Position numbers and translations under genes: made by a program. From contig OZ251232.1 in the NCBI GenBank assembly GCA_965240325.2, forward strand, positions 2,170,001 through 2,234,000: DNA of 64,000 nt, given 5' to 3'. The notes below the pieces were generated by a model that worked only from the letters and a program-made list of their open reading frames with translations, was not told the DNA's origin and made no database searches. Within the stretch, counting starts at the first letter, position 1; each line of letters starts with the position of its first letter. Positions 22,124 to 34,435 of the stretch are shown here, one piece after another. Source of the DNA: Rebecca billardiae RCC1528 (Eukaryota; Protista; Haptophyta).

Positions 22124-25100
22124 CTAGACATCCGCGCGCGACATCTTCACCTTGTCGCCGTCGTAGCAGCGGCTGGACTCCATGCTGTCGCCCGCGAGCA
22201 GCAGCAGGTGGTCCATCTCGACAAAGCGCACGTGCACGTACCGCTGCTCGTCCTTGCCGGGCACGAGTCCCCACGAGCCGTGGCCCCACGGCGTGCTGAG
22301 CGAGCCGTCCGCCCTGAAGTCGAAGCCGGGCGCGTTGCCCCAGCGCCACTTGCCGCCGTGCTCGAGCACGGCCTTCGCCGCGGGCGCGCGCGCCGCCTCG
22401 GCCGCGCTCAGCGCGTGCCACTTGCTCGTGTCGCCGCACACCGAGCCCTCGTATCGCGCGAACACTTCCAACCCATCCGCGCAGCGCGCGCCGACGAGCG
22501 CGCGCTTCCGGCGGATGAAGCGGTAGCGCTCGCCGAGGATGGATGCTTCGACGACGTTCGAGCTCGCCGCGCTCCACCAGTCGTCGGCGCGGGGCGGCGC
22601 GGGCGGGAGCAGGGTGCGCGCGCGCACGGCCGAGGGCGCCGCGTCCGCCGCGCGCGCGTCGGGCAGCGGCGCGATCAGCTCGAGCGAGCCGTTGGCGAGG
22701 AAGCGCAGCGGCGCGAAGGCGTTGCGCCCGTCCGCGCCCACCCCAGCCAGCACCCCGCGCTCGGACGCGTTGAGCCCGCCGCGCGCGCCGGCGGGCGCGG
22801 GCATGTTACTCAGCAGCCACGGGCCGGTGGCGGAGAGCTCGACCAGCTCAGCACCGAGCGCGGTGTCCGCGCGCGGCCCCTTCTCGCTGCGCGGCGCGCG
22901 CGGGTTGCACGCGCCGCGCCGGCCCTCCGTGCCGCTCCACGCGCGCAGCGCCTTCACGTCGCCCTCGCCGCCGCCGCCGCCGCCGCCGCGGTCGACGTAG
23001 TGCTTGACGAGGTCCGCCATGCGGTTTGGCTTCTCCGGGTGGTAGTTGATGTGGACTGAGACGGGACGGTGCTGCGCCCACGCCGGCCGCTGCAGCCAGA
23101 CGCGGAAGACCCACTTCGAGTTGCAGAAGCACGCGTGGTTGAGCACGCGCGCGCGCACGCGCGTGCCCACGCGCCCGGACCCGGCGGGCGGCTTCGCCTC
23201 GCCCACCGCGCCCGCCGCCTTGTCCACCTGGATGGCTGGCCAGAGGAGCTCCTGGGGCGCGCGGGCAGCGGCGGGCGCGCGGGCAGCGGCGGGCGCGGGG
23301 CGCGGCGGCGGTGGTGCGGCGCGGTGGGGGCGCGAGGGAGGGCGGCGGTGGGCGCACCGCGCGTGCTCGCGGGCACCATGCGGGCCCGGGCCCGCGCGCC
23401 CAGCGCCCGGCCGGGCGCGCGCGCGGCGCGTGCTCGGCGCGCGACCCATGTGAGGTTCCCATATTACCCACATTACCCACCTGGTTGTACGCCGACTGGT
23501 CCCACACGCGCTCGACCGCCATGCGCGCCGCCATGCGCCGCACGAGCCGGAGCGAGGGCAGCGTGGCGCGGATGTAGAACTGGCCCGAGTTGCGCGCGCC
23601 GAAGCGCAGCATCCTGCGCGGCGCCGGCTCCGCCGCGCCGCCCGCCGCGCCGCCGCCGCCGTCGCCGCGCCCCTTGGGCGGCGGGCGCAGCCTCATCCTC
23701 CAGCCGTAAGCAGTCGCGTCGTCCCAGCCGTCTGTCATCGCCTCCACGTCCGAGTCGCGGTGGAGGTGGGCGGAGGGCGCGTCGTGCGACGGCGCCGCGC
23801 CGCGCAGGGCGGGGTGCGGCGCGAACGGGTTGCGCAGGTACACCACGTCCACATCGGAGAGCAGCACATTCGCGCCCACCTTCAAGAAGGGGATCAGGAT
23901 TCGGAACTTGAGGCCCGAAGTTGCATGGTTGCCTGTCGCGCCGCCGAGCGCGCGCAGCTGGCGCTCGAAGGCGAAGGCGCCCTTGGCGCGGACGAAGTCG
24001 GTGGTCGGCTTGTCGAGCGAGACCACCACCGCGTTGCGCACCCCCACGCTCCGCAGCCCGTCGATGTACTGCCCGAGCACCGGCAGGATGTTTTTATTCG
24101 AAATGGCGACGATCGTGTCGCGGCTCACCGGGTCAGCGCCGCCTTCTCGCAGCACGGCGCACAGCGGCGCCAGCCCGCCCGGCGGGTCCTCGTCCTCGAG
24201 CGCGCCGAGCTGGGCCTCGGCCCAGCGCCCGCCGCCGCCGCCCTCGCCGCCGCCCTCGCCGCAGTGCGCCGGGAACGGCTCGTCCGGGCTCACAATGTGC
24301 TGCAGCAGCAGCGCGCGCGACCGCGCGTCCGCGGCCGCGTCGGCGGCGGCGGCCGCGCCCGCGGCGCTCGTCGCGGCGGCCGCGGCGCGCGCGGGCACGA
24401 CGCACTGCGACGAGACGGCGCGGTCGGCGGAGGTCTGCTCGAGCGCCCAGATCAGATCGTCCCGCAGCCCCCGCTGGATCGGCACAACCCCCGGAATCGG
24501 CTGCGCCAGCTCGGCGGGCAGCCCGGCGGGCCGCGCGCCCGACGGCGCGCCAGGCGGCTCGGGCGGCGCGGAGGCGCGGAGCTCGGCGGCGATGCGCTCC
24601 GCGAGCGCTCGGGCGGCTCCGCGCTCGAAGGGGCGGGCGGAGGGCGTGGACGCGTCGCGCAGCGCGAGCGCGAGCGCGCCCAGAGCGCGCGCCACGCCGT
24701 CGGACTCGCCCTCGCCCTCCTCCGCGCCCTCGTCGCACTCGGCGGCGGCCGCGCCGCCGGCCGCGCCGCCGGCCGCGCCGCCGGCCGCGCCGCCAGCGTG
24801 CTGGGCGCAGCCGGGCGCCACGAGGGCGCCGGCGGCGTCGCGCCGTGCGAGCGCGGCCTCGGGCACGCCCGCGGCACGCAGGTGCTCGCTCAGCCCGTGC
24901 GCGCTCACCACCACCGGCGCCTCCGCCATGCCGCGCAGCGCGCGCTCCGCGGTGGCGAAACAGCCCGGGTGCAGCACGCGGATGTCCACGGCCGCGCGCG
25001 GCTGGTCGTCGTACGCGGCGCCGAAGAGCTCCTCCGTGAGCAGCCCGGCGCTGAGGCCCTCGGGGCTCGTGCCCAGCCGGCGGAGCAGCGCGCGCGCGCC

Positions 25101-26129
25101 CACGCTCACGCCGCCGCCCGCCGCGGGCGCGGGCAAATAGAGGAATGTGGGTAGCGCGTAGCTAATGCGAAGTGTCTCGGAATATCCCGACCAGCCCATC
25201 GCCTCGTCGCCGAAGCCGTGGACGTGCCCGCCGGTGGTGACCTCGTCCCACCCCTCGGAGAGCACCTCGACGTCCGCGTCGCCCGCCAGCGCGCCGAACG
25301 GGTTCGCGCCGAACAGGGCGGGCGCGCCGGCGCTCAGCAGAACTCCGAGGCCCGAACCTAGCAAGGCATGCGCCGCGCGCGCGGCCGCCTGCGCGCGCGA
25401 CACCGCGTCGGACGCAGCGGCGGGATCGAGCCGGAAGCAGGCGACGCCCGCGCGCGCGGCCGCCTGCTCCGCGCCGTCGTCCATCGCGAGCACCACCACC
25501 GGCGCGAAGCCGCCCGCCGTGCGCGGCAGCACCCGGACGGCACTGCCGAGGCTCAGCTCGAGCGAGCGCGCGCGCCCGCGCGCGCCTGCGAGGAGCAGCA
25601 CGCGCGACGCGTGCGCGACGCCGTGCGCGAGCGTGCACAGGGCGGCGGCGTCTCCCGCGCGCAGCTCCGCGCACGCGGATGCCCGGCCGAGCGCGCTCCG
25701 TGCGAACGCCGCCGACGCCGCCACGCGCGCCGCGTGCACCGACTTGTCGACGAGCGGCGCGGAGCACGTCCGAGCGGGCGCGAGCCCGGCGGCGGTCGCC
25801 GGCGGCTCCGGCGCGAGCGGTCGGGGCGGGATGGCGCGACCCCGGATGACCAGCCCCTCGGCCGCGCCGCCGTCCGAGCTCGCGGCCGGCGTGGCTGCCG
25901 GCTCGCGCGCGGCGGCAGCGGCGCCGGCCTGCGCGCGCGCCTGCGCGATGAATTTGGCCTTTGCCAAGAAATGCGCGGAGTCGCCCGCGTGCGCGCGCGG
26001 GCGCGTCGGCGGGTTGGCGAGGTGGCGCAGCTGCAGCACGCACGCGAGCAGCACGCACACCGCAACGAAGCCGCACAGCCGCCCGGCGCGGCATGCGCGC
26101 GCGCCCGCGGAGCGCTGGAGCGCCGCCAT
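22124..26129 (-). CDS. GT77 nucleotide-diphospho-sugar transferase, RRA arabinosyltransferase-like, with a second degenerate GT77 domain (2 exons)
   Basis: SGLKFRIL...VLLSDVDVVYLRNPF...HRDSDVEAMTDGWD...NSGQFYIRAT...WDQSAYN|ELLWP...FCNSK...VHINYHPEK; N-terminal TM anchor; intron 23480-23252. Confidence 0.88.
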
Positions 26130-26289
26130 CGTGACTGTGCTCAGCTTCTGCTCGTCCACTTGAAGCTGGAAGACTGCGCGCGTTCCTCTCAAGCAGAACG
26201 CGGCCCGTGCGGCGAGGGAGCGGACGAGGACCTGTCGACGCGTGGCCCGAATCGCGGTGCGCTGCCTCCGTGCGCCGCAGGCCCAGCGC

Positions 26290-26934
26290 ATGGGGAAGCG
26301 GCAGCCCAAGAAGCGCACGCTCGCCTCGCGCAAGCGCGCCAAGAATGTCGACGGTGCGCGCGAGGGCGTGGCATTCGGGACCGGCCTCCCGCCGCCTCTG
26401 CACCCGTCGGTGCACAAGTGCATGTCGCGCAAGCTGCGCGAGATGCTCGAGCGCAAGAGCAAGCTCGAGCAAGCCGGCGTCCTCCCGCGCCGCCGAGCGA
26501 GCGCCCCCAGCCAGCCCGCAGCGGAGCTGGACGGCGAGGCGCCGCCAGAGCCGCGCGCGGAGGTGAGGGCACCCGCGGCCGCGCCTGCTGCTGCCGAGCC
26601 CCAGCCCGAGGGCGACGCGCTGCCGTCGCCAGGCCAGGCGACGGCGAAGAAGCGCCGGCGCCGAGCCAAGCGAGCACGCGCTGCAGACACGAGCGAGGCC
26701 GCGCAGACCCCGGGCAACGCGGCGCTGCCGGTGCCAGCGGGGACCGCCGCGGTCGCCGCGATCTCGAAGAAGCGCAAGAAGCCTGCCGCCAAGCCGGCCA
26801 AGGTGCGCTTCGGAGAGACGAACGCAGCGCCGCCGCAGCTCAACTTCTCGAATCGCCTGCTCGCGAAGGCGGAGCGTGCGCATACCGCGCCGAAGCCGAA
26901 AGCGCCGCCGGCACCTCGCCCTGTTGGCTACTGA
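26290..26934 (+). CDS. Basic Lys/Arg-rich hypothetical protein, probably nuclear
   Basis: ATG 26290 MGKRQPKKR; NLS-like clusters KKRRRRAKR and KKRKK; coding-like third-position bias. Confidence 0.65.
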   Translation: MGKRQPKKRTLASRKRAKNVDGAREGVAFGTGLPPPLHPSVHKCMSRKLREMLERKSKLEQAGVLPRRRASAPSQPAAELDGEAPPEPRAEVRAPAAAPAAAEPQPEGDALPSPGQATAKKRRRRAKRARAADTSEAAQTPGNAALPVPAGTAAVAAISKKRKKPAAKPAKVRFGETNAAPPQLNFSNRLLAKAERAHTAPKPKAPPAPRPVGY

Positions 26935-29109
26935 CGATATGGCTGAAATGATGCGCGCGCGCGGCGTCGCGTTGCTGAGTGAGATGCTCGCATGATGACA
27001 TCTGACATTCATGATGATGACGATGCTGTCGTCTATCGATGATGAATGCTCCGATGACGATGATGATGATAGTGACTATCTGACGCCGCCGATCATCGCG
27101 AAGTGACTACTGGCTAGTCGTCGCCGTTATATTAATAAAATATATATATATCATATCAGCAGGGCCAGAGAGAGAGAGAGAGAAAATTATATATATATAT
27201 TATATATATAGTAGTATAATTATATATACTCGCCATCCACTGACTTACGGACTGACGAGACGACTATGCAGCGCCGAGTCTGGCAGGCTCTGCCTCGTCC
27301 GACATCCGCGCGGCAATAATCTCATCCCGTGCGCCGTTCAGGCGTTCTGCCGGGACGGTCCGGGCGTGAGTCGCGTAGCCGCGTAGTGCTAGCTAGGACG
27401 AGTTGCTCGATATGATGACATGCTGACGATGATTCATGCCGCCGATGTCGATGATGACGCCGGACGATGCTGTCATCATCATGCAGATCATCAGCATCGT
27501 CTGTCGATGATGATGAATGCTCCGCGATGACGATGATGACACAGCGCAGGGATGCGATGATACCGTAGTGACGACGGCTATACTGTATGTATGCAATGCC
27601 GCGATTCCGAACTCGCGATGACTACGACTGCTGACTGAGAAGCCTCAGCCTCTCGGACATCACTTCTGTAAGCGCGTGCGCAGGCCGAATAATGCGGCGG
27701 CCCGCAGCCCGTGACCAGTGGTCGTGACAGTGCTGCCCGGCCGGATGCCTTAAGTCGGCTGCACGGGCTGCGTCATAGCTGCTAAGAATACAGCAGTCGA
27801 TCGTCAGACCGCCATCAGGCGGATCATCAGCGCAGCGTCAATATCGTCCGGAGCGAGGAGCACTGACTGAGCGGCCGGGGGCACGATACACGAGGCAGAG
27901 ACGCTGGTCTGTCTTCGTGGTGTCTGCGCAGTAGTCGTAGTCATGAAGTCATATCAACTCATCATCGCATCATCACATTCGCGGGGCCTCATTAGTCATT
28001 CCTCGTCTGACTCTGCGGTGCGCGCGCCCCGTGAGTGCGGCGGGGTCAGGCAAGCGGCTGGCCGAGCGCAGGGTCTTCCGGTCGCCCCCGCGCGGCCACC
28101 TCGAGCCCCTACCGCGTGTTCAGGCTACGGGCGTCCGACTTCCAGGCCGGGTGGCCGGGCGTGGCCACTGTGAGCACCCTACCTAGCATGCAAGGGCGAC
28201 GTAGCTAGTATTATTAACAGTAAGGGCTGAAAATAAACTTAGCTCCCAGCCAGTCACAATGGCGCCGAGTGGCGGAGTCGCTTGTCCGCACCCTCACAAC
28301 TCGTGTGGCCTCGCGCCGCAGCGGCTAAGTCTCGTGGGCCGCCGCCCCGTGGAGGGCGCCGTGCGGAGTGCGCGGTGTGGTGGCCTCCACGGTCTAGGGG
28401 CGCGCGCCAGGGGCCGAACGAATGCTCGCGTATGATGGGCGCGAGCACCGCCGAGGCGCGTTTCCACTGCAAGAGTGCAAGTCTGCAACGGTTCAGCAGA
28501 AACTGCTGCAGGCGCGTACAGCATTTTTTTACATGTATATTTTACTACTCGTCATACTCGTAGTAGCGAGTACACGGGATAGATGTATGCTAGATGTTAT
28601 CTACATACTACTATCCTATCCAATCTCCCGATACTACTATGGATACGTCGGGGGGGCATCGTTGTATATTCGTGCGCGAAGGCGACAGGATGGTTGGTCA
28701 CGCGCGTGGCGAGCGGCGGTGCCGCGGTGGCTCCGCTTCGCCGTCATGTCGACGTTGGTGCGTGCGGGCGTCGTGGGCGCACTGCGAGAACCGCCCATGG
28801 GCGAGTACGCGCGCCCGCCCAGCGCCGCCCCGCCGCAGCCAAAAGCGCGCGTGCGCTTCTCCTGACAGTCCTGTCTCCATCCGCATCTGCATCGAGCGCG
28901 CTCGAGCGAGCGTGCGTGCCAGCATCATGCTGACTACACCAGCCAAGCGCGCGGCCGGGGCAGACGACGACGAGCGCGCGCGGCGCGTACGTGGGAGGGT
29001 ACGACGTGATAGTCCGCAGGCGCCCAAGCAAACGCGCCGCGTCTCGGTGTCTGCGGCCGCCACGAAGACTTGGACCGTTACAAGTACAAGTAAAGCGCCT
29101 GCGCAAACT

Positions 29110-30164
29110 GAGGCCGCTCGAGCGACTTCGTGTCTGGCGAGGCAGATCGCGCCAGTGCGTGGCGAGGCAGACGCTCGCCTGCCTCGCCGCTTGGCGAGGC
29201 AGCTAAGCTAGTAAAGCCGCGGCCGAACTTTGCGAAAGCCAAATGTCTGCCGGTGCGCCGCCCGTCTTTTGCGCACGGTGACAAGGGCGCGCGAGGGCGC
29301 TTCCTCACGATCCCGAAGAGCGCTGCGCGCGGCGTCGCGTTGGCGGCGGCAGCGGCGCTGGGGTGTATCTTGCCCATTCTGCGTGGCGGCGCGCTCTCAT
29401 GACGCCTCGGCCGCCGCCACGCCATGCGCGACCGGGCGTGTCGCCTTCTTGACGGGCAGTGCACACGCCCTTGCAAGCGCACAGCCGTGAAGAGCCGAGA
29501 GCGTCCGTCGCGAGCACGCCGCCCACGCGATATGCGTTATGTTGTCACCGAAGCCACCTTGCGCATGCGCTTCGCCGAGTTCGCCATGCGTTCAGAGCAG
29601 TCAAGATCGCTGAACGAGAGGCCTGTCATCGGCTGAAATGCAGGTTAGCAGTGCTCATCGTAGCTGCTACCCATGGTCATCCTGGCTCGCACATGCCAGA
29701 GCGCGAGCACCCAGTGTCATACGAATAGCCCTGGCAACGCATCCCGCGTGGGCGGCGTGCTCGCGACGGACGCTCTCGGCTCTTCACGGCTGTGCGCTTG
29801 CAAGGGCGTGTGCACTGCCCGTCAAGAAGGCGACACGCCGGGTCGCGCATGGCGTGGCGGCGGCCGAGGCGTCATGAGAGCGCGCCGCCACGCAGAATGG
29901 GCAAGATACACCCCAGCGCCGCTGCCGCCGCCAACGCGACGCCGCGCGCAGCGCTCTTCGGGATCGTGAGGAAGCGCCCTCGCGCGCCCTTGTCACCGTG
30001 CGCAAAAGACGGGCGGCGCACCGGCAGACATTTGGCTTTCGTAAAGTTCGGCCGCGGCTTTACTAGCTTAGCTGCCTCGCCAAGCGGCGAGGCAGGCGAG
30101 CGTCTGCCTCGCCACGCACTGGCGCGATCTGCCTCGCCAGACACGAAGTCGCTCGAGCGGCCTC
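29110..30164. mobile_element. Foldback/MITE-like element: ~420-bp near-perfect inverted arms, ~200-bp spacer, candidate 5-bp TSD AAACT
   Basis: 29110-29529 is the reverse complement of 29745-30164 with about two mismatches seen; AAACT at 29105-29109 and 30165-30169. Confidence 0.7.
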
Positions 30165-30662
30165 AAACTGGTAGATACCAATGTCCATGAATACGACGTG
30201 AAATGAGCATAATATGAATATATACTGACAGGTAACGTTCATATATGTGTTTGATAGGCACAGTATTGCTCTAAATATTCGCCAAGTAAGTAATATGCAC
30301 TATGTATCAATTACGATTGACGAATTATGGAATCTATGCAGAGTCAGACTCATTAAGTCGCGATGCGACATATTATCGTATCAATTGAGAGTTTGAACTC
30401 TCTCAATTAACGGTGATTGATAAAGTAAAGGTTTGGTCTCTATACCTTTAGGAAGAAACTACCTAGGAAACGGGCGGATCCAATTGTGTCGCTTCCGCAT
30501 TTTGGAAAGTTGATTCAACACGAATCCGCGAATCGGGTGCCGCCGCCGCCGCCGGGGGGTGCGCACCCGACACTCGTGGCACACAAAACCACCCACCCAC
30601 GCAACACCCCCGGCGCCAACCGCGCGCTCCCCTCCGCCCTCGGCCTCGCTCCTCACACGCTG

Positions 30663-33275
30663 ATGGGACGTGACCAATTCGGCCGGTCCATGCTGTTTGC
30701 CATGCTCGGCAGCAACCCAGCCCAGCTCTCGCTCGCCTCCACCGACGTCTGCTCAGCGGAGCACTCGGACTCTTCGTCGACTTCCGTCACTTCGGACGCA
30801 GACGCGTCGCCTGCTGCCGCGGCGGCGGCAGCAGGCGACGCGGAGTGCGACGACCGCGCGGCGGCGGACGAAGGCAACGCGCAGCAAGACCAATCGCCAA
30901 CGTCGTCGACGCCGCCGCCGCCGCCGCCGCTCGAGAAGGTCGAGCCGCCGCGCCTCACGCTCAAACTCAAGTTTGCCGACGCCCAGCGGGAGTGCGCGTA
31001 CGCGTCGGAGCTGCTCGCGCATTACCCCCCGCGCCTGGTGCTCGCAGGCGCGGCGCTCGCGCTCCTGTGTGCTGCCACCACCGCCCTGCGGCTGGCGGGT
31101 GCGGCGCGGGCCCCGTCGCCGTGGGCAGCCGCGCGCAAGGTGGGCGCGATGGCCGCAGCTGCTGGCATGGCCTACTTTGGCTTCGCCTTGCCGCGGCTGC
31201 ACATGCGGCTCCGCACCGTCGAGGGCGTCACCTTCGCGCTCGTACTCTTCTTTGCCGCGTGCTTCATCGGCGTAGACGATGGCGGCCGCGTGGCCCTGAT
31301 CACCGGCGGCCCGGGCGACGAGGAACTGGCCGCAGCGCACCGAGCGCTCGGCCAGTTTGACATGCTGCTGCGCGCTCTCGCCGTCCCCGCCGTCGCCGCG
31401 ATGGTCCTGCCGATGCAGGCCACGGCGACATGCGCGTTGGGCGGCTGCATCGCGCTGCAGCAGCTCGTCGTCCTTGCGGTGCACTCGCGTGCCGAGGAGG
31501 CCGTCCCGATGCTCGAGGGCGGCGCACTCTTCACGCTCTTGCTCTGCTGCACGCTGCTCAGTCGCCTCGCGCACGTCTCGGCGCAGCGCGCGCAGCACCA
31601 CTACCAGCACACCGCCGACTCGCTCGCCGCCGCGCAGCGCACGATGCTCGAGGTGGCCATGGAGCGCGCGACACTCGCGGTCGACGAGCTCCGGGCGAGT
31701 GAGACCGAGCAGCAGATGCAGCTGCACAGCGCGCTCGCGGCCAAGCACGCGCGCTCGCGGCTCATCCGCGTCGTGATGCACGACCTGCGCAGCCCGCTGC
31801 TCGCCGTGGCCAACATCGTCTCGACGCTGCAGGAGCTGGACGGCTTGACGCGGCTGAGCCACGACGACGTGACTGGCTCGGTTGACGCGCTCGGCAAGAT
31901 GTCGATGCTGATGCAGCACATCGTCTCGGACATGCTCGACTGTGCGCGCGCGCGCGGCACGCGCGGCACGCCCGTGCGCGCGCGCGGGCGGCCACCACCC
32001 GTGCTGCGCGCGCCCGGCCGGTCCTGTCGGCCCGAGCGCCGCCCCGCATCGTCCAGCTGACTCGATCGGCTCCCTCGCGCGCGCGCCGCGCCCGCCTCGT
32101 CGCGCAGTCGAGCGCATCGACAGCGGCCGGCTCATCCTCGTGCCCGCGCCCTTCTACCTGGGCCAGCTGTGCGAGGACGCTTGCACGACCTTCATGGGGC
32201 TGGCTGAGCGCAAGGGCGTGACGCTCCGGGTCGAGCCGCTCCCGCCCGAGCTGCTGCTGCAGCCGCTGATCGCGGACGCGCGCCGGCTGCAGCAGTGTGT
32301 GAACAACGGCGTCTCCAACGCGGTGCGCGGCCGCTCCGGGCACGCGCGGTGCGCGCGCGAGCGCCGGAGCGCTGGGGCTGACGCGCTCTGCCCGCGCCGC
32401 CGCCTGCCCGCCTGCCGCGCCGCCGCCGCCGCTGCCGCCGCCGCGCAGCTCAAGTTCAGCGAGCCCGGAGGCACGATCACCCTGCGCGCGGCCGTGATGA
32501 ACATGCACATGACGGGCGGCGCGTCCGACTCGAGCCCGTGCGCGCGCCACCCCGAGGCCGCGGCTGACCAGGCGGCGGTCTCGCTCTCGGTCGTCGACAC
32601 GGGCATCGGCATGAGCGCGGACGAGCTCCGGACGAGCTCACGACTCTCCAGAAGGGCGAGGCCTTCTCGCAGGTGGGGCAGGGGCAGCTGCAGGGCACGG
32701 GCGGCACCGGGCTCGGGCTGACGATCACGCGGCAGCTGCTGCAGCTGCACGGCGGCTCGGAGCTGCACCTCGACTCGCCCGGCCCCGGGCTCGGCGCCAC
32801 CTTTGAGCTGCGCCTCCGGCTGTGGCGCGCCAGGTCCAACGAGGGAGAGCTCGGGCCGCTCGTGGCGTCGACGGCCTCGCCGCCCGGCCTGCACGCTCGG
32901 CTCGCGTCGGCGCGCGCGCACGCGCGCAGCACGACGCTCGCGCGCAGCCAGGAGGGGCTGCACCGCAGCCTCGGCGCCGTGCCTCCGGCGGCCGGGCTGC
33001 GGCAGTCCCTCGCGCACGTGCCGCTGTTGTGCGAGCCCATCATGTCGGCCGACGAGGGCGAGGCGTCGCCGCCGCCGCAGCGCCGGCTGCCGCCCGCGCC
33101 CACCGCCTCGCGCCTCGAGACGCCCGAGACCGAGGCCGCGGCGGCGGTGGCGCCGAGGGGCTCGCCGACGTGCGTGGCCGACGGCGCCAGTCTCGCCGTG
33201 CCGCTTGGCGCGCAGCCGCCCAGCCCGCTCGGCACCGCCGCCGTCGCGGCCAAGACCAAGAAGACAGAACGGTGA
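30663..33275 (+). pseudogene. Multi-pass membrane sensor histidine kinase (HisKA + HATPase_c), frameshifted in this assembly
   Basis: H-box VMHDLRSPL; N-box RLQQCVNNGVSNA|LKFS; G1 VVDTGIGMS; G2 GGTGLGLTI; introns 31942-32107 and 32323-32448; the 11-bp duplication at 32618-32639 breaks the frame. Confidence 0.85.
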
Positions 33276-34015
33276 TGGACAAGGACGAGGCGGGCGTGAA
33301 GGAGGTGCTGCGCGTGCTCGAGAGCTGCCTGCTGCCCGTCCACGAGCTCGCCGTACCGCCCGCCGCGTCGACCGCCCAGGCGCTCGAGGCGTCGGCTGCC
33401 ACCACCACGGCCGCCGCGCCCAGCGCGGCGCTCGAGGAGTGCGCGGCGCGTGCCGCGGCTGAGGCCGCCGCGGCCGCGCCGGCGGCCGACGTGCCGATGT
33501 TCAGCACCGAGGCGCGGCGCGCGCGCGCGTTGAGCGTGCGCTCGCCTATCATGGCGCAAGTCGCGGAAGCCGACTCCGACGGCGCCCTGGGCGCGGCCCC
33601 GGCCGCCGCCGACGACCCGCCGGCCGCCGGCTCGCCGCTCGCGCCCGACTCGGCGATCTGGGCGCAGCTGCAGCTGAGCCATCAGAGCTCCACACACGCG
33701 CGCCGCCGCCGGACCGGCCGGCACCACACGTTCGGCATCGGCGGGCTCAAGGACTACAGGGGCGAGGACGACGACCTCCGCGCGCGCCCGCGCACGCTCT
33801 CGGCGTTCATGATGCCATATGAAGATCAGTCCGAGGACACGGACGAGCCCGAGCCCGGACTGGACAGTTCCGGGTCCGGGAGCACGCCCGCGCCGCTGTC
33901 GAGCCACGACGGGTCGGAGGCGGAGGAGGCAGAGGAGGACGGCGCGCGCGCGCTGCCGCCGCCCGTGCTGGGCACGCTCGGCAGGGTTCGATCTTACCGC
34001 CGGCGGTACTACTAG
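33275..34015 (+). CDS. Low-complexity ORF, possibly the detached C-terminal tail of the histidine kinase
   Basis: ATG overlaps the upstream stop (TGATG); coding-like bias; no recognisable domain. Confidence 0.4.
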   Translation: MDKDEAGVKEVLRVLESCLLPVHELAVPPAASTAQALEASAATTTAAAPSAALEECAARAAAEAAAAAPAADVPMFSTEARRARALSVRSPIMAQVAEADSDGALGAAPAAADDPPAAGSPLAPDSAIWAQLQLSHQSSTHARRRRTGRHHTFGIGGLKDYRGEDDDLRARPRTLSAFMMPYEDQSEDTDEPEPGLDSSGSGSTPAPLSSHDGSEAEEAEEDGARALPPPVLGTLGRVRSYRRRYY

Positions 34016-34045
34016 TCATCGTGGCTACTACTAGCTATAGTGCGC

Positions 34046-34077
<32 letters not shown>

Positions 34078-34435
34078 ATATATATATATATACATATATG
34101 ACGACGATGACGACGATATGGATATATGATATGCGCGACGACATATCGTCATGATGACGATCGGCGATATGTCATATGATGACTGACGACGACGGCGCGA
34201 CCGAGTACGATGCTGATGATGATTAGCGATATATCGTCGCGACGGCAATAATAATATAATTCCATCACGGCGGAGCCCTGCGCGCGGCCGCTCCCGGCCG
34301 ACAACTGTCATGCCAACTGATTCGCGAATAGCGGTCATGCGGTGCCGATCAGCCGCGCTGGCCGGTTGAACGGCACTCTGCGGTCGTCGTATAATTCATC
34401 GTTATTTGAACAGGAGCCGCGAAGTAGAGCCGCAG

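Noticed and set aside
26990-27600. Many TGATGA/CTGA motifs as C/D snoRNAs
   Set aside because: Low-complexity (GAT)n-rich sequence with no clear terminal stems or guide elements.
30383-30408. 9-bp inverted repeat upstream of the histidine kinase
   Set aside because: Too short to distinguish from chance in an AT-rich spacer.
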